A DNA stretch of 64,000 nt, taken from contig NC_045696.1 of assembly GCF_009834535.1 (NCBI RefSeq), positions 63,800,001-63,864,000 on the forward strand, given 5' to 3'. A program made the position numbers and the translations under genes. Of the stretch, positions 1 to 10,460 are shown one piece after another (position 1 is the stretch's first letter; each line of letters opens with the position of its first letter). This DNA comes from Camelus ferus (Eukaryota). Under the pieces are notes generated by a model. It had not been told where the DNA came from and did not search any database. It was given only the letters and a program-made list of their open reading frames with translations.

Positions 1-14
1 TCCTTTGACCTCAC

Positions 15-113
15 CATTCCATCTGGTAGAGTTCTCTCCAGGCTCCAGTGAGGACCAGAAGTAAACAAAGTGAGTGTCTTCTTGGAGAGAAGGTTCTTCG
101 CTGTGCCCTGGCT
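15..113 (-). other. Putative 99-nt exon of an unidentified minus-strand gene
   Basis: Minus strand reads cctgcag|AGCCAGGG...CAGATGGAATG|gtgagg. The donor is strong, the acceptor has only a weak pyrimidine tract, and no protein is recognised. Confidence 0.3.
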
Positions 114-240
114 CTGCAGGACCCGTGAGCAGGGGCTGTTCTGGGCTCGTGGGGATTCTGGGATAAGTGGGGTCTCGCCCCTGGTCTAGGGTAACCGCAG
201 TCAAACGGGGGTGACACATACTTAGGCAAGGAACTCTCAC

Positions 241-1050
241 CGTGGGAGAGCTGGGATTGACGCTGCAGGGAGGCAGCGCCGGAGGCCCAGGGAGGCAGCT
301 GGTGATTAATTCCAACACGAGGCACACAGGTCAGCGCTGGCTTCGCGCAGTAGGTGAGGTTGAAACCGGGGTTCAGGGATGAGTCAGAGATTGTGAGTGG
401 GAGAGATGCCATGATTTCGAAGCTCTCATTAGCTTCATTTTTGGTCTGTGAATCCTTTTTGTTCTCTTGGGTTTTCACACCAGAGAAAGCACTTCCCTTA
501 CAGGGTGTGACCCGCCCTGGCTTCAGACACCCCTTGGGGTGGGGCCTTGCAGGAAAGACTTGTCTGGCTGCCAGAGCTGGAGCGGTCCGGCCCTGACCAG
601 ATCCACCCCCCTCAACCCCTGGGAGATGCAGCCCCCCCTTCCCTTTTCCCCTCTCCCCTCCAGTGCCCCGTCTGGGGAGACTTATACAAGTTCCAAATAG
701 TAAATTTAAGTCCTTGGCAGCCCTCCCACAGATGACTCCCAAATTATCCCATTCCAAGGCTGGGGGTGGGGGAGGCCGGCAGATCAGTCCTGAGGCTGTG
801 GCCGGGTGGTCTGAGAGCTCCGGGCGCCATCTGCTGGCGGAAGCGAGGAACCAGCTGGCAATGGCAGACGGGGGAGGGCAGGAAGGGATCAGTGAGGGGG
901 ACAAGCCTGGTCTCGCAGCTCTGGTAGTGAAGGCAGTTCAGTTTCACTGACATCGGACAGAAAAAGGGGGAGAAAGATCGCGTGTGTGTGCGTGCAAGTG
1001 TGTGAGCCCGAGTGAGTGCGGGTGTGGACTCCTCTATGGTGACTGCCCGC
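241..1050 (-). promoter_or_regulatory. Putative promoter / first-exon region, ending at donor CACG|gtgaga (241/240)
   Basis: Repeat-free, GC- and CpG-enriched relative to the window, GT-rich tract at about 980-1030, CTCF motif and a strong minus-strand donor. Confidence 0.35.
822..840 (-). promoter_or_regulatory. CTCF binding motif
   Basis: Minus strand CCGCCAGCAGATGGCGCCC matches the CTCF core CCASYAGRKGGCRS. Confidence 0.65.
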
Positions 1051-2009
1051 AGGCTGGGCTGTGGGTAATTTGGAAGGTGTGTTGGGATGGTGTGCATGCT
1101 TCTGTTATTGTTCCCTGGGGTGAGTATACGAGTCTGTCTCCAGAGGGAGAAGACAGTAAATAAGAAGGTAATCAGGCCCAGATGTATCCCTCCAAGGGAA
1201 GTTTCCAGATGTCCTCTCATTAATCCTCAGCCCAAACACGGGTGATGGGTGAGACTCTGTTGATTGTATTTTCAGCTGGGGAGAGTGAGACACACAATGT
1301 GATCACGGCCCAGAATGAGAGCACTGGTTTTGACTACAAGCATCACATGACCCAGGGATAAAGCCCCTGGAGGTCATTTAGTTCATCCTCACCATTTTGC
1401 AGACTAAGAGCCGTGAATTCAATGGTGGAAGAGGGAAAGAGAGACCCCATCAGATTCCCTTTCATGTCCTTCTGAACATGAGTTCTGATGGACAAATTCC
1501 TACCCTAACTCAGCCGGGTGTGTGTCCCAGAAGGATCCCAGGCAGCTGCTCCCTTGCCGTGCCCCACCTCTGCCTTACCTCTTCTCTATTTATATTCCTG
1601 AAGGAATTTCCTGACCCATAAATTCTGAGAGATTTATTATTTCCTGCGGCACCCTTTTGTTGGAAAATGTGGCTTTCCGGTTTCAGACTCAGAACCACAT
1701 TGGGTTTCCAGCTCTCGAGTGGGAGCAGAATTTCTCCTGCATGATAGTGGGAAACATATCAGCTTTGCATCGGCCCCTGAGGGGCTATCAAGGACACGAC
1801 TTACTTTTCCTGGCTCCCAGCTAATGCTGCTGGAACAACGAGATGAGAACATCCCCTCTGCGGGTTGTAAGAGCCACCAAAAGTCCCAGGAGAGCAGAAG
1901 GGCTGGGTTCCTTTGCTCATGTCACCTGGAAGAAGGAGGGGGGCTGTTTTTCTCCAAAACCACTCCCTCTGACTTCAGTCTTCCCTCCTCTACCATGAGG
2001 AAAAGCTCT

Positions 2010-2400
2010 TAAAACACAGCTCAGTTCAAAACCCTGCAGGCGACGCCTCCTTTTTGTCTGTAGTTAAGTCCAAACACCTTACAAGTTCTTCAAGCCCCTC
2101 AAGGAATGACCCTCACTTCCCTCCAGCACGTGGCTCTCTGGCTGTGTTTCCACACATGCACTGAGTTCCAGCCTCGTCGATGTCTTCCCTGTTTCTGGTC
2201 CTCCCCGCCACCCCCACCACGCGATTCTGCAACTACACCAGCCCTGCTGTCATGCCTTGCTTCCCTCAACCTCATGCCCTTCCCTCTACCTCCAAATGTT
2301 TAAATTATTTCTGTTTTCCAAAAGCCAATCAAAGGTCACTTTCTCCTGGAAGTCTTCAGGGATCTCCTCCCTCCAAAGGAAACAGAATGTCCTTTGAGTC
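2010..2400 (+). mobile_element. L2 LINE fragment (decayed)
   Basis: Pyrimidine-rich L2-like text (tcaaaaccctgcag..., aagtccaaacacctt..., aaggtcactttctcctggaagtctt). Confidence 0.5.
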
Positions 2401-3384
2401 TCCCAGGATGGACTGGGTTGGAACCTCTTCAGGATCTTGTAGGCTGCTTTATTCGGCAGCCCCTCACTCACATTGATGACTCCCCCTCTTAGATTCTGAA
2501 TATCCTGAGAGGCAGGGGCAGCATCTCGTTCTTCTGCATCCTCCTCCTCACTCCTTCCCCCTACCCAGCACTGTTCCCAGCAGTGAGGATGTTTTGGGGG
2601 AAATTTGGAAACAGTATTCAGATGATCCAATATTTTGACTTTTCCAATCTCTGCTACCCTTCCTTAGGACAAATGAACCCAGAAGAGCAACATACTTAAG
2701 AGAAAACAGACAAACTCTTCACCACCATAATACTTCTCAGAAGAGAGCACGGCCCGAAGCCCTGGTGTACAGGCGGCAGCAGTGCTGTGGATGTCCCAGC
2801 TCCTTGCAGACTCCAGACTCAGGATCTGCAAGGAAGCCTCACTCCCTAGCTGAGGACCTCCTGTGAGAATGAAGTAACCTGAGCTCTCAGAATTCATACC
2901 TGGAGAGCTCCAGAAGGAAGTCTCCACTTGTAGCATCTTTCATAGGCACCTGGAGAGGGAAGGCGTTTTCACAGTACTGGTCTAGGGATGAAGGCGAGAG
3001 ACAGGTGCTAGTCCCGCTTTGCTATAACCAACACTTAGACCTGAAGCAAGTTCCTTCCACGTCTATATAATATGGGGGCTGGCCTGGAACATCTTCAATG
3101 CCTTTGCGAGGCTAACACTTGGGAATTGTAAGGACCCACAGCAGGCAAGTGGCTCTTCATTCAGAAACCTTCACACATCTTGTCTGTACAGTTTTAAAAT
3201 GAAGGCATGTAGATACCAAGGTTGTGTCGACATCAAACAGTTTTGGTCATCCAAAGTTTTCATGAAGAACCTCCAGCCAATAAATCATTTATTTCCTGAC
3301 ATTTTGAGGTGATTGATAGTTGCCATTGTGTATGTGTGGAAACTGAGGTGGGAAAAGAGTACATATATCCAGAGCCAAGATTTT

Positions 3385-3905
3385 ATTTTCCTTAAATAAG
3401 TATAATTTTTTTTTATTCTAGGAGTGATGCACAGTCATTGTGAATAAATATTGGAAATATAGGAAAGTATAAAGAAGAAACAGCCCCCGCTAGAATCCTA
3501 CCCACTAAGGACCTCTGTGAACGTGTTGGTGTATATCCTTCCAAACCTTTGTCTAGACACATTTATGGACATATTTTTGCAAAACTAGGATCATGTGAGA
3601 AGTCTTGTTTAGAAACCCTGGATTTTTGCATAGCAAAATATTGTGAGCATTTCCCCATGCTTACAATATTCTGTGGTGTTATTTTTTCCCTGGTTTCATA
3701 GTATCCCATTATGAATATATATATATATATAAAACATATAATATAATGATATGATATGTAATATAATATAATAATATTGTATTTTATTTAACCAGTCCCA
3801 GATGGCCTCATAAATACCTTTATTTGCATGCATTTGTCTAATTATCTTCTTAGGTTATGGTTCTTAAAATAGAATTGCTGGGCCAAAGGAAATGGACCTT
3901 TGGAA
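3385..3905 (-). mobile_element. Old L1 (L1ME-like) 3' fragment with internal TA-rich repeat at about 3715-3780
   Basis: Antisense L1 3' motifs such as ttgtgagcatttccccatg, catagtatcccatt and tagaattgctgggccaaagg. Confidence 0.6.
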
Positions 3906-5319
3906 GATTTCCACTATTTCAAAGCTCTTCTGAACCGACCCCCTGGCTGTGGCTGAGCCACGCAGCCTGCCTCTGGCATTCCCAGCTTGCTGAATGATGG
4001 GATGTCAAAACCGGAAGGGACCTTAGGCAGGAAGATTTACAGATCATTGAACAGATGGGAAAGCCGAGGTCCACAAAGGGCAAGTGCCTTTCTGTAGTTC
4101 CCAAAGGACGCTGGCGGCAGAGTCAAGCAGAGTTCCGGCTCCCTGCCAGCGAGCATCTCTACTTAGAACCCAGATGTGGAAGGACATCAGCTTGGTGCAG
4201 GCTTCTCAGGGGTTCAAACGTATATGCAGCAAACCTGGACATTTACTGAGCTGGCATTTACACCAGAGACACATCTAGGCTCTATGCCTACCAAATAATA
4301 AACGTCACCAACTGCCCACAATCTCCACAAACAGAAATCTTCTCCAAGGGCTAAGATTTGGTTTTTCGTTCGAGGGGTGGGACAGAGAGGCTGAAAGATA
4401 GCTGCACAGGCTGAACCTCCCGTAAAATCGGGACTGGGGGAGACACTGTCATGCAAAGGCTTGAAGACTTGAGGGTTTAAATATTTTCATTAAGATGAAG
4501 GGCAAAGCCCATGTTTGCAGTCCCAGGGTGGGTGGGGTGAGCCCCCATCTTGGCTATGGGCTCTCAGGCACCTGAACCCGGAGGAGCCGTGGCCGCCCCA
4601 GGAAAGTCGCCCACGGCTCTGGAGAAAGCCTTCCGTGGGCAGGGGAGCCGAGGCGCCGGGGAGCCGGGGAGACCGCGCTTATGCTAACGAGGCACTAAAT
4701 TAGTGCATTACACGCCTCATTTAGCAAGACTGTGCAAAATCTAAAAGTACTAATAAATTTTCCCTCTGGGGTCAAGAATCATAAAAGGATATATGATCGA
4801 CCATTAATTAGCAAAGAAATTAAAGCTTGACGGCTTCTGTTCTATCCCTGCCTTCTTTCAAATGGCACAATTTGTTCAAAACGCTTTTGCGAAGCGGTCT
4901 TTTTCAGACAAGAAAAAAAAAGCTGCATCAACCAGGAGAGTGGCTTCCCATCCTCTGTGACTCTCAGGGTGACAGTACTTGCACAGAGCTGACTATTCTA
5001 GAAATGAGCCCTGGGTATTTTGTCAAGAGAGAAGGAGCTGGCCTTCTTCACTTACCTGTTTCTCCCGTTAGCTGTAGTATGAGATTTCTGTCTTATACTG
5101 GGGGCACCTTTTAGAAAAATGCATTCTTCTTTTGTTATTTGCACTCAAAAGTCAACCACTCTGAAGGCGCTCGAAGAATTTTGCCAGACACTGCAAAACA
5201 AAGCCTTCTGGGATGAAGGGAGGTGAGTCTTTTGCGTTTGCCAGTGACTCCCAAAGCTCTTAACAACCCATCCCTTCTTTTTTGTCCATTCCTCTTTTAG
5301 GATATGTATTTATGTATTA

Positions 5320-5575
5320 CAGAAAGTAGGTATGGTTACCAAAGGAGAAAAGGCAGGGGGGGAGGGCTAAATTAGGTGTTTGGGATTACACACCACTACA
5401 TTTAAAACAGATAAACAACAAGGTCCCACTGTATAGCACAGGGAACTATATTCAATACCATGTAATAACCTATAGTGAAAAAGAATATATATTATATATA
5501 TGTATAACTGAATCACTATGCTGTACACCAGAAACTAACTCAACATTGTAAATCAACTATAATTCAATTGAAAAA
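5320..5575 (+). mobile_element. Cetartiodactyl-type L1 3' UTR end (5'-truncated)
   Basis: aaacaacaaggtcccactgtatagcacagggaactatattcaata...aactgaatcactatgctgtacaccagaaactaac...gtaaatcaactata; homologous to copies at 17560, 27168 and about 51100. Confidence 0.85.
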
Positions 5576-6569
5576 GGAGAAAGAAGGGCATGGGTCTTTA
5601 TACAGTTCTCAACTGAAAGTCTTAAACCTTCTGGAGTTCTCTCTGCCCGTTACTGCTACCCCAGCTTCAGTGCCCTCGTGTGTCCGCTGGGTCTAAGGAT
5701 CTTGGTTATGAAACAGAAGGTGTCCTGAGAAACAGTATAAAGGTAACAGTTCCCCCTCCTCTCCTCTCCAGGCTTTGGCGTTGCTGGAGAGCAGGTGAGT
5801 GTCCCCAGAGAGCCAGGAAGGGCTGACCCTGAGGCTCCCAGTCATCACTAGAACCTCCAGGTGGCTGCAAGTAAGTTTAAACAAAAGCCGAAAGGAAGGT
5901 TCAGCTCATTTAAATCCTCGTGGGTTTTGTGTGCTTCGGTCATGGCTTTGGGGGTATAAATACACCCAGATGTTTTCAACTTTTTCCCTGTTGCATCTAA
6001 TCACCAGAACAACTGGGGCTCCGTTCCTCTCTCCCCGCCCTGCAGGGACACAGAGAGAGTCTAATTAAAAGGGTTCTCTTTTGTTTCCCTAATAGCTCTC
6101 AGCCCTGGGGAGCCCAGAGCATTTGGGCAACAAGAGAGACCTTCATGTTTAAGGCCCCACACGTGGGCACGTCTGCACCAGACATTCAAACGCAGCTCAG
6201 TCCCCATAGGGAGTTGAGGGGCTAGAGGGGAAGATGCAGCAGGACCAGGTTTCTGGGGAGCATCTCCTGAGATAACTCTGGAGCAGGACGGTGAGCGGGA
6301 GTTGGAGAATGGAGCCCACCCAGCACGGTCTGTTTTTTAAAAGCAGGAGCTGCAGCTGGCCCGTCACTTATTGGGAAGGATCCTTCCTTCCTCCCCAGGG
6401 CCTTGGCTAGAGCACCCGTCCCTGGCCCCTTCTCTCCACCCTCCAGCCACTGCCCTGCAAGAGCGCTAATGGGTCTGTCCTCCAGCCTCTGCTGCTGGCT
6501 GGGGCCTCTGCCAGCCCAGCACACCCGGCCCCACGCCACTGTGCGAGAGGTCTTCCCAAGACTCAGACC

Positions 6570-6990
6570 GTGTCCCTCCCAGGCTTGCAGTCCATTCTTG
6601 GTTCTCCGTTGCTTCCAGAATAAAATGCAAAGCTGTGATCTCCTGGCCCGAGCCTCATCTTTCCCCAGTTACCCCTCCAATTGTCCTCCTGGGTTTTTTA
6701 CTCCCTGTGCATCACCAGCCTTTGCCTTCTACTCACAAAGCTCTTCTCGCAGCCAGGCCTGAAGAAATCCAGCTCACCCTTCAAAACCAAATCAAGTGTC
6801 CTCTTCCTGGTGCAGCACCCCTGAGGCTCAGCAGGCAGGGTCATCTGTCACCCATTCTCTGTGTTCCACTCTGCTGAAATGATCTCTGTGTGTATTTCCT
6901 TCCCAGACCGTAAACTCCATGAAAGGAGGGTTATGTCTAATCCATCCTTGTGCCCCCTCTCCTGGTCACACTTCATGCAGAATACTTGCA
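6570..6990 (+). mobile_element. L2 LINE fragment
   Basis: ttccagaataaaatgcaaagc..., cttcaaaaccaaatcaagtgtcctcttcc..., ccagaccgtaaactccatgaaagg resemble the L2 3' region. Confidence 0.55.
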
Positions 6991-7319
6991 TTCCCTCTCT
7001 AAGTGTGGTACATGAAAGCACAGAAATCATTTTAGACTATTTCATAGGAATTTTCTGGGTCACTGAGGGTAATCCTTGGTCACTAGTCCTACTTTGCAGA
7101 TCACTGCTAGTTAGATGTTAATGTCTAGCATCCACACAGCTGTCCATGAGGATCCCAGCACTGCAGCATGGAGCTCAGCAAGGCGTGAGACCCCTCAAGC
7201 CCAGGGACACCACTAGAGCTAACATCCCCTCTCCCGACACACCTTGGCAGGGGACACCTTCAGGGCAGGCCTAAACTGGGGAGGGTCAATGAACACCCAG
7301 GCTTAGGATGGATGTGGGA

Positions 7320-7435
7320 AAAACATAAAGCCTGGACCCCAGCTCAGATCAATGGATTACAGTCTCTGGGGTGCGGTGCAGGCCTGAGTGTTTCTAAGCT
7401 CCCAAGGTGCAGTCAAAATTAAAAATCATCTCTTT
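7320..7435. mobile_element. MER5A-like hAT MITE fragment
   Basis: cctggaccccagctcaga...cagtctctggggtgcgg...aagctcccaaggtg resembles the MER5A core. Confidence 0.4.
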
Positions 7436-7689
7436 AGTTCAAAATAGTAGAAACCTTGTGATCCACTTGTGGGATCTCGTGAACCTACCCAAAGCAGTCT
7501 TTCTTGGAGAGTTCTGTAAAATATCGCTACCTCCCTGTTGGAAGAAGTTAAACAGAGCTGGTACGAGTGGCTTCTCGTGATCCCAAACCAGCTGACTCCT
7601 TAGTCATAAAAAGGCAGGCAGAGGGATTAAGAAAAGCTCCTCCAGACTGGAACAATTCCAAACCACACAGGACTTGCGCTCCAAGGATT

Positions 7690-7815
7690 TCAGATAGCTT
7701 TTCTATGTGTTGCTTTCCTCATCTGCAAAATGGATTTAGCAATAATTCCTGCCACATCAGATCTTGTGAAGGTTGGAGCCGAGATGTGAAAGCATTCTGT
7801 AAACCATAAAGGGCG
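7690..7815 (+). mobile_element. MIR SINE fragment
   Basis: tttcctcatctgcaaaatgg core; tgtgaaagcattctgtaaaccataaag end. Confidence 0.7.
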
Positions 7816-8454
7816 GGTGTTACTGGTTCTTTGGGTGCTATAATTATACATTTCTGAGTTTATGGGAAACAGGGCGTATGTCTTGTTCATTTGTACACCC
7901 TTCACACCAGACTCCCGTGCCTGATTCACATCCACCCTGGGTGTGCATTGAGTATGGGAATGAATGAGGGAGGTTAAGACTGACTGAGAAAATGAGTGAG
8001 GGCATGAACAAATGAACACTGGGGTTCTTATGTCCCCAGATCCATACACCAAAGCTCAGCAAGGCTGCGACCAAACTAGTCCCTCCCCTGCCTCCCAGCC
8101 TTCAGCCGACATGACTCACACGTGGAGCAACTCAACAGACAAGCAGACATCTGGGGGCCAGAACCACCAGCACACAAACCTCCCTGGACCAAATCCCAAA
8201 GCTTGGGAAATGTATGCAGCCTTCCAGTTTCCACTGTGTCTCATGCTTTTCCCTCCTACGATGCTGCTAACATCAGGCAGGGGCTGGCCATGGCCAAATG
8301 GCCAAGGACAGGGGTCAGGGCCAGGAGCATGAGGGAAAGGGTGGCCTCACCCAGGCTGCGTGAGCCTGAAGTGAGGACGCTGACCTCACTCACAGATCTG
8401 GCCCGCAGGATGGCCACCAAACACAGAGGCAAGGGGCGGGGCTGCAGGGGTCCC

Positions 8455-8600
8455 GGAGAAAGAACACTTGGACTTGGGACCAAAAGACCCAGATTCAAGT
8501 CTGGGGGCCACCACTCATCTGCCATGTGGCCTTGGGCAAGTCACCTAACCCTTTTGTCTAAAGGGGCTAATCACTCCTGTGTCACCGGATCATGAAGAGT
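8455..8600 (+). mobile_element. MIR SINE fragment
   Basis: agacccagattcaagtct...tgtggccttgggcaagtcacctaacc. Confidence 0.7.
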
Positions 8601-9025
8601 AAATTTTAAAATTATTTCTGGAAACTCCTAGCCTGCATCAAGCTAGCTTTAATCATTCCTTCATTCATTCTTCAACAAAATTTATTTATGGCAACTTTCC
8701 AAGTCCCAGACGCTGTTCCAGGACACACGGCACTCCATAAATCCTTCCTCCCTTTCTTTTTCTACGAGGCGGGAGAAGGCTTGGGTGTTATTTGGTTTAA
8801 ACATAAAGGCATGAACCAATGAAACGATCATTGTTTTTCCTGAGAGAGCTTCTCACCCCCGCACCCGAGAGGGAAGACAGAGCAGAGAGCTGTGCAAACA
8901 ACACTTCTCACCACAGACAGAAAAGCACACACATCTTAAGATGATTTCTCTCGACAGCCTGGAAAAAGGCAAATCAAATTAAACCCTTGATTGGAGAAGC
9001 CCGCACTTGGCCAGAGGAGTGTCTG

Positions 9026-9072
9026 CGGGGCCAGATGTGTTCGACGGGGCCAGATGTGTCCGGCGGGGCCAG
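9026..9072 (+). repeat. 19-bp tandem repeat, about 2.5 copies
   Basis: cggggccagatgtgttcga / cggggccagatgtgtccgg / cggggccag. Confidence 0.8.
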
Positions 9073-10264
9073 CAGGGCTGGGAGAATTCTGAGGGTGCTC
9101 CTCCATGGTCCACGTTATCTCCCATTTCCTTTGGGAGCCCAGGAGACACGGCCTTCCCAAAGCAGCCTCCGAGGTGGCCTGTGAAGCTTTTGTCCTTGGC
9201 AGCAGAGAAATTTCTGCTTCAGTGGTTCCAAACAAGGCTTGCATTAACTCCGGGCCTGTGAGGAGAGCACGTGCAACAAAACCCAACACCGTGTCCCAGC
9301 CCTCAGACAAGCACAGAAACAAACGGTGCAGGAATTTTTCAGAATAGAATCATCCGCTCAATGTCACTGCATACATTTACCTACCTCAGTGCCTATTCAC
9401 GGCCCCCTTTAAAGGGCGATATCAATAGAGATGGATCAGACAACATCTCTATGGCAACACCTCCACTGAAGACTGATGGCAGCCACAAGGAGATGAGCGA
9501 TGACCATTTTTTAAAAATATACACAAATACAACACTACTCACCCCGAAGGACCCCTTGGCTCCCGGCACAAGGGTTGTGTTTAAAACAACAGCGTAGGAC
9601 CTATGACAAGACTAATTAGGGGCACACGGGGGGCATGCAAACTCAGGAAGGAGAGTTTGTATAAGGAATTAAGACCTGGGGCTTCAGGACACTGGAATTT
9701 GTCAACACAATCAACATTCTCTTTCCTGGAAACTCTCAATCTGAAGGACTTTACAAGGACCTTGTTTTAAAGGTCCAATGTGGGACAGGGAGTAAGAGAT
9801 GGTCAAAATAAATAGTAGCCACCATGAGGTGCTTAACAGGCTACTAAACCTCACAGAAGGCTGGCTCCCTCTAACTGGGCCACGCGGTGACCCTCCTCTG
9901 AGCCTCTGCAAACCAGGATTCGTGAAAGGAGTGCCTTCAGGACCTCAGAGTGGGAAGCCGTGAAGGGCTTTGTGGTTCCAAAGGCCTGTGAGGGTGGAAA
10001 GCCTAAACCGCTACTATAGAGAGCACCCACCGCCATCACCACAACGGTGATAGCAACAGTAGCACTGATGACATGACGGAGGGGCACGGAGCTCACTTAC
10101 AGGTACTTTCAGGAGGTCGTACACAGTGAACGCGTTAGAAAGAAACTGGGCATCGTCTCAGCAAAGCAATTTTTCCAACTGTCGGGAAACGAAAGCAAAG
10201 GAAAAATACCATTTTATCTTGCTTCCTGAGCAGTTGCTTTGTGTCACAGAAGAGAACGGAGGAG

Positions 10265-10460
10265 AGGAGCAAAGACTGAGGTCGGGAGGCTTGTCAGGGC
10301 GGATGGTCTCTGTTTCCATTTTCCCCACTTACTTTCCCCGTGACCTTAGGCGAGTCATTAACCTGGCTTGCCTCTCAAGCTCCTTCCATAAAACGAGAAG
10401 TACTTGCGGGTTGTGAGATGAAAGATTCCGCTGCGCGTGCAGAGTTTATGTACAGCGCCC
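10265..10460 (+). mobile_element. MIR SINE fragment
   Basis: gtgaccttaggcgagtcattaacct...cataaaacgagaagta...gggttgtgagatgaaa. Confidence 0.55.

Noticed and set aside
11..904. 297-aa minus-strand ORF as a single-exon gene
   Set aside because: The annotated start is not an ATG, there is no recognisable domain, it is P/G/S/R-rich as expected of GC-rich DNA, and it runs through apparent splice sites.
9026..9072. CRISPR-like repeat array
   Set aside because: Head-to-tail minisatellite with no unique spacers, eukaryotic context and no cas genes.
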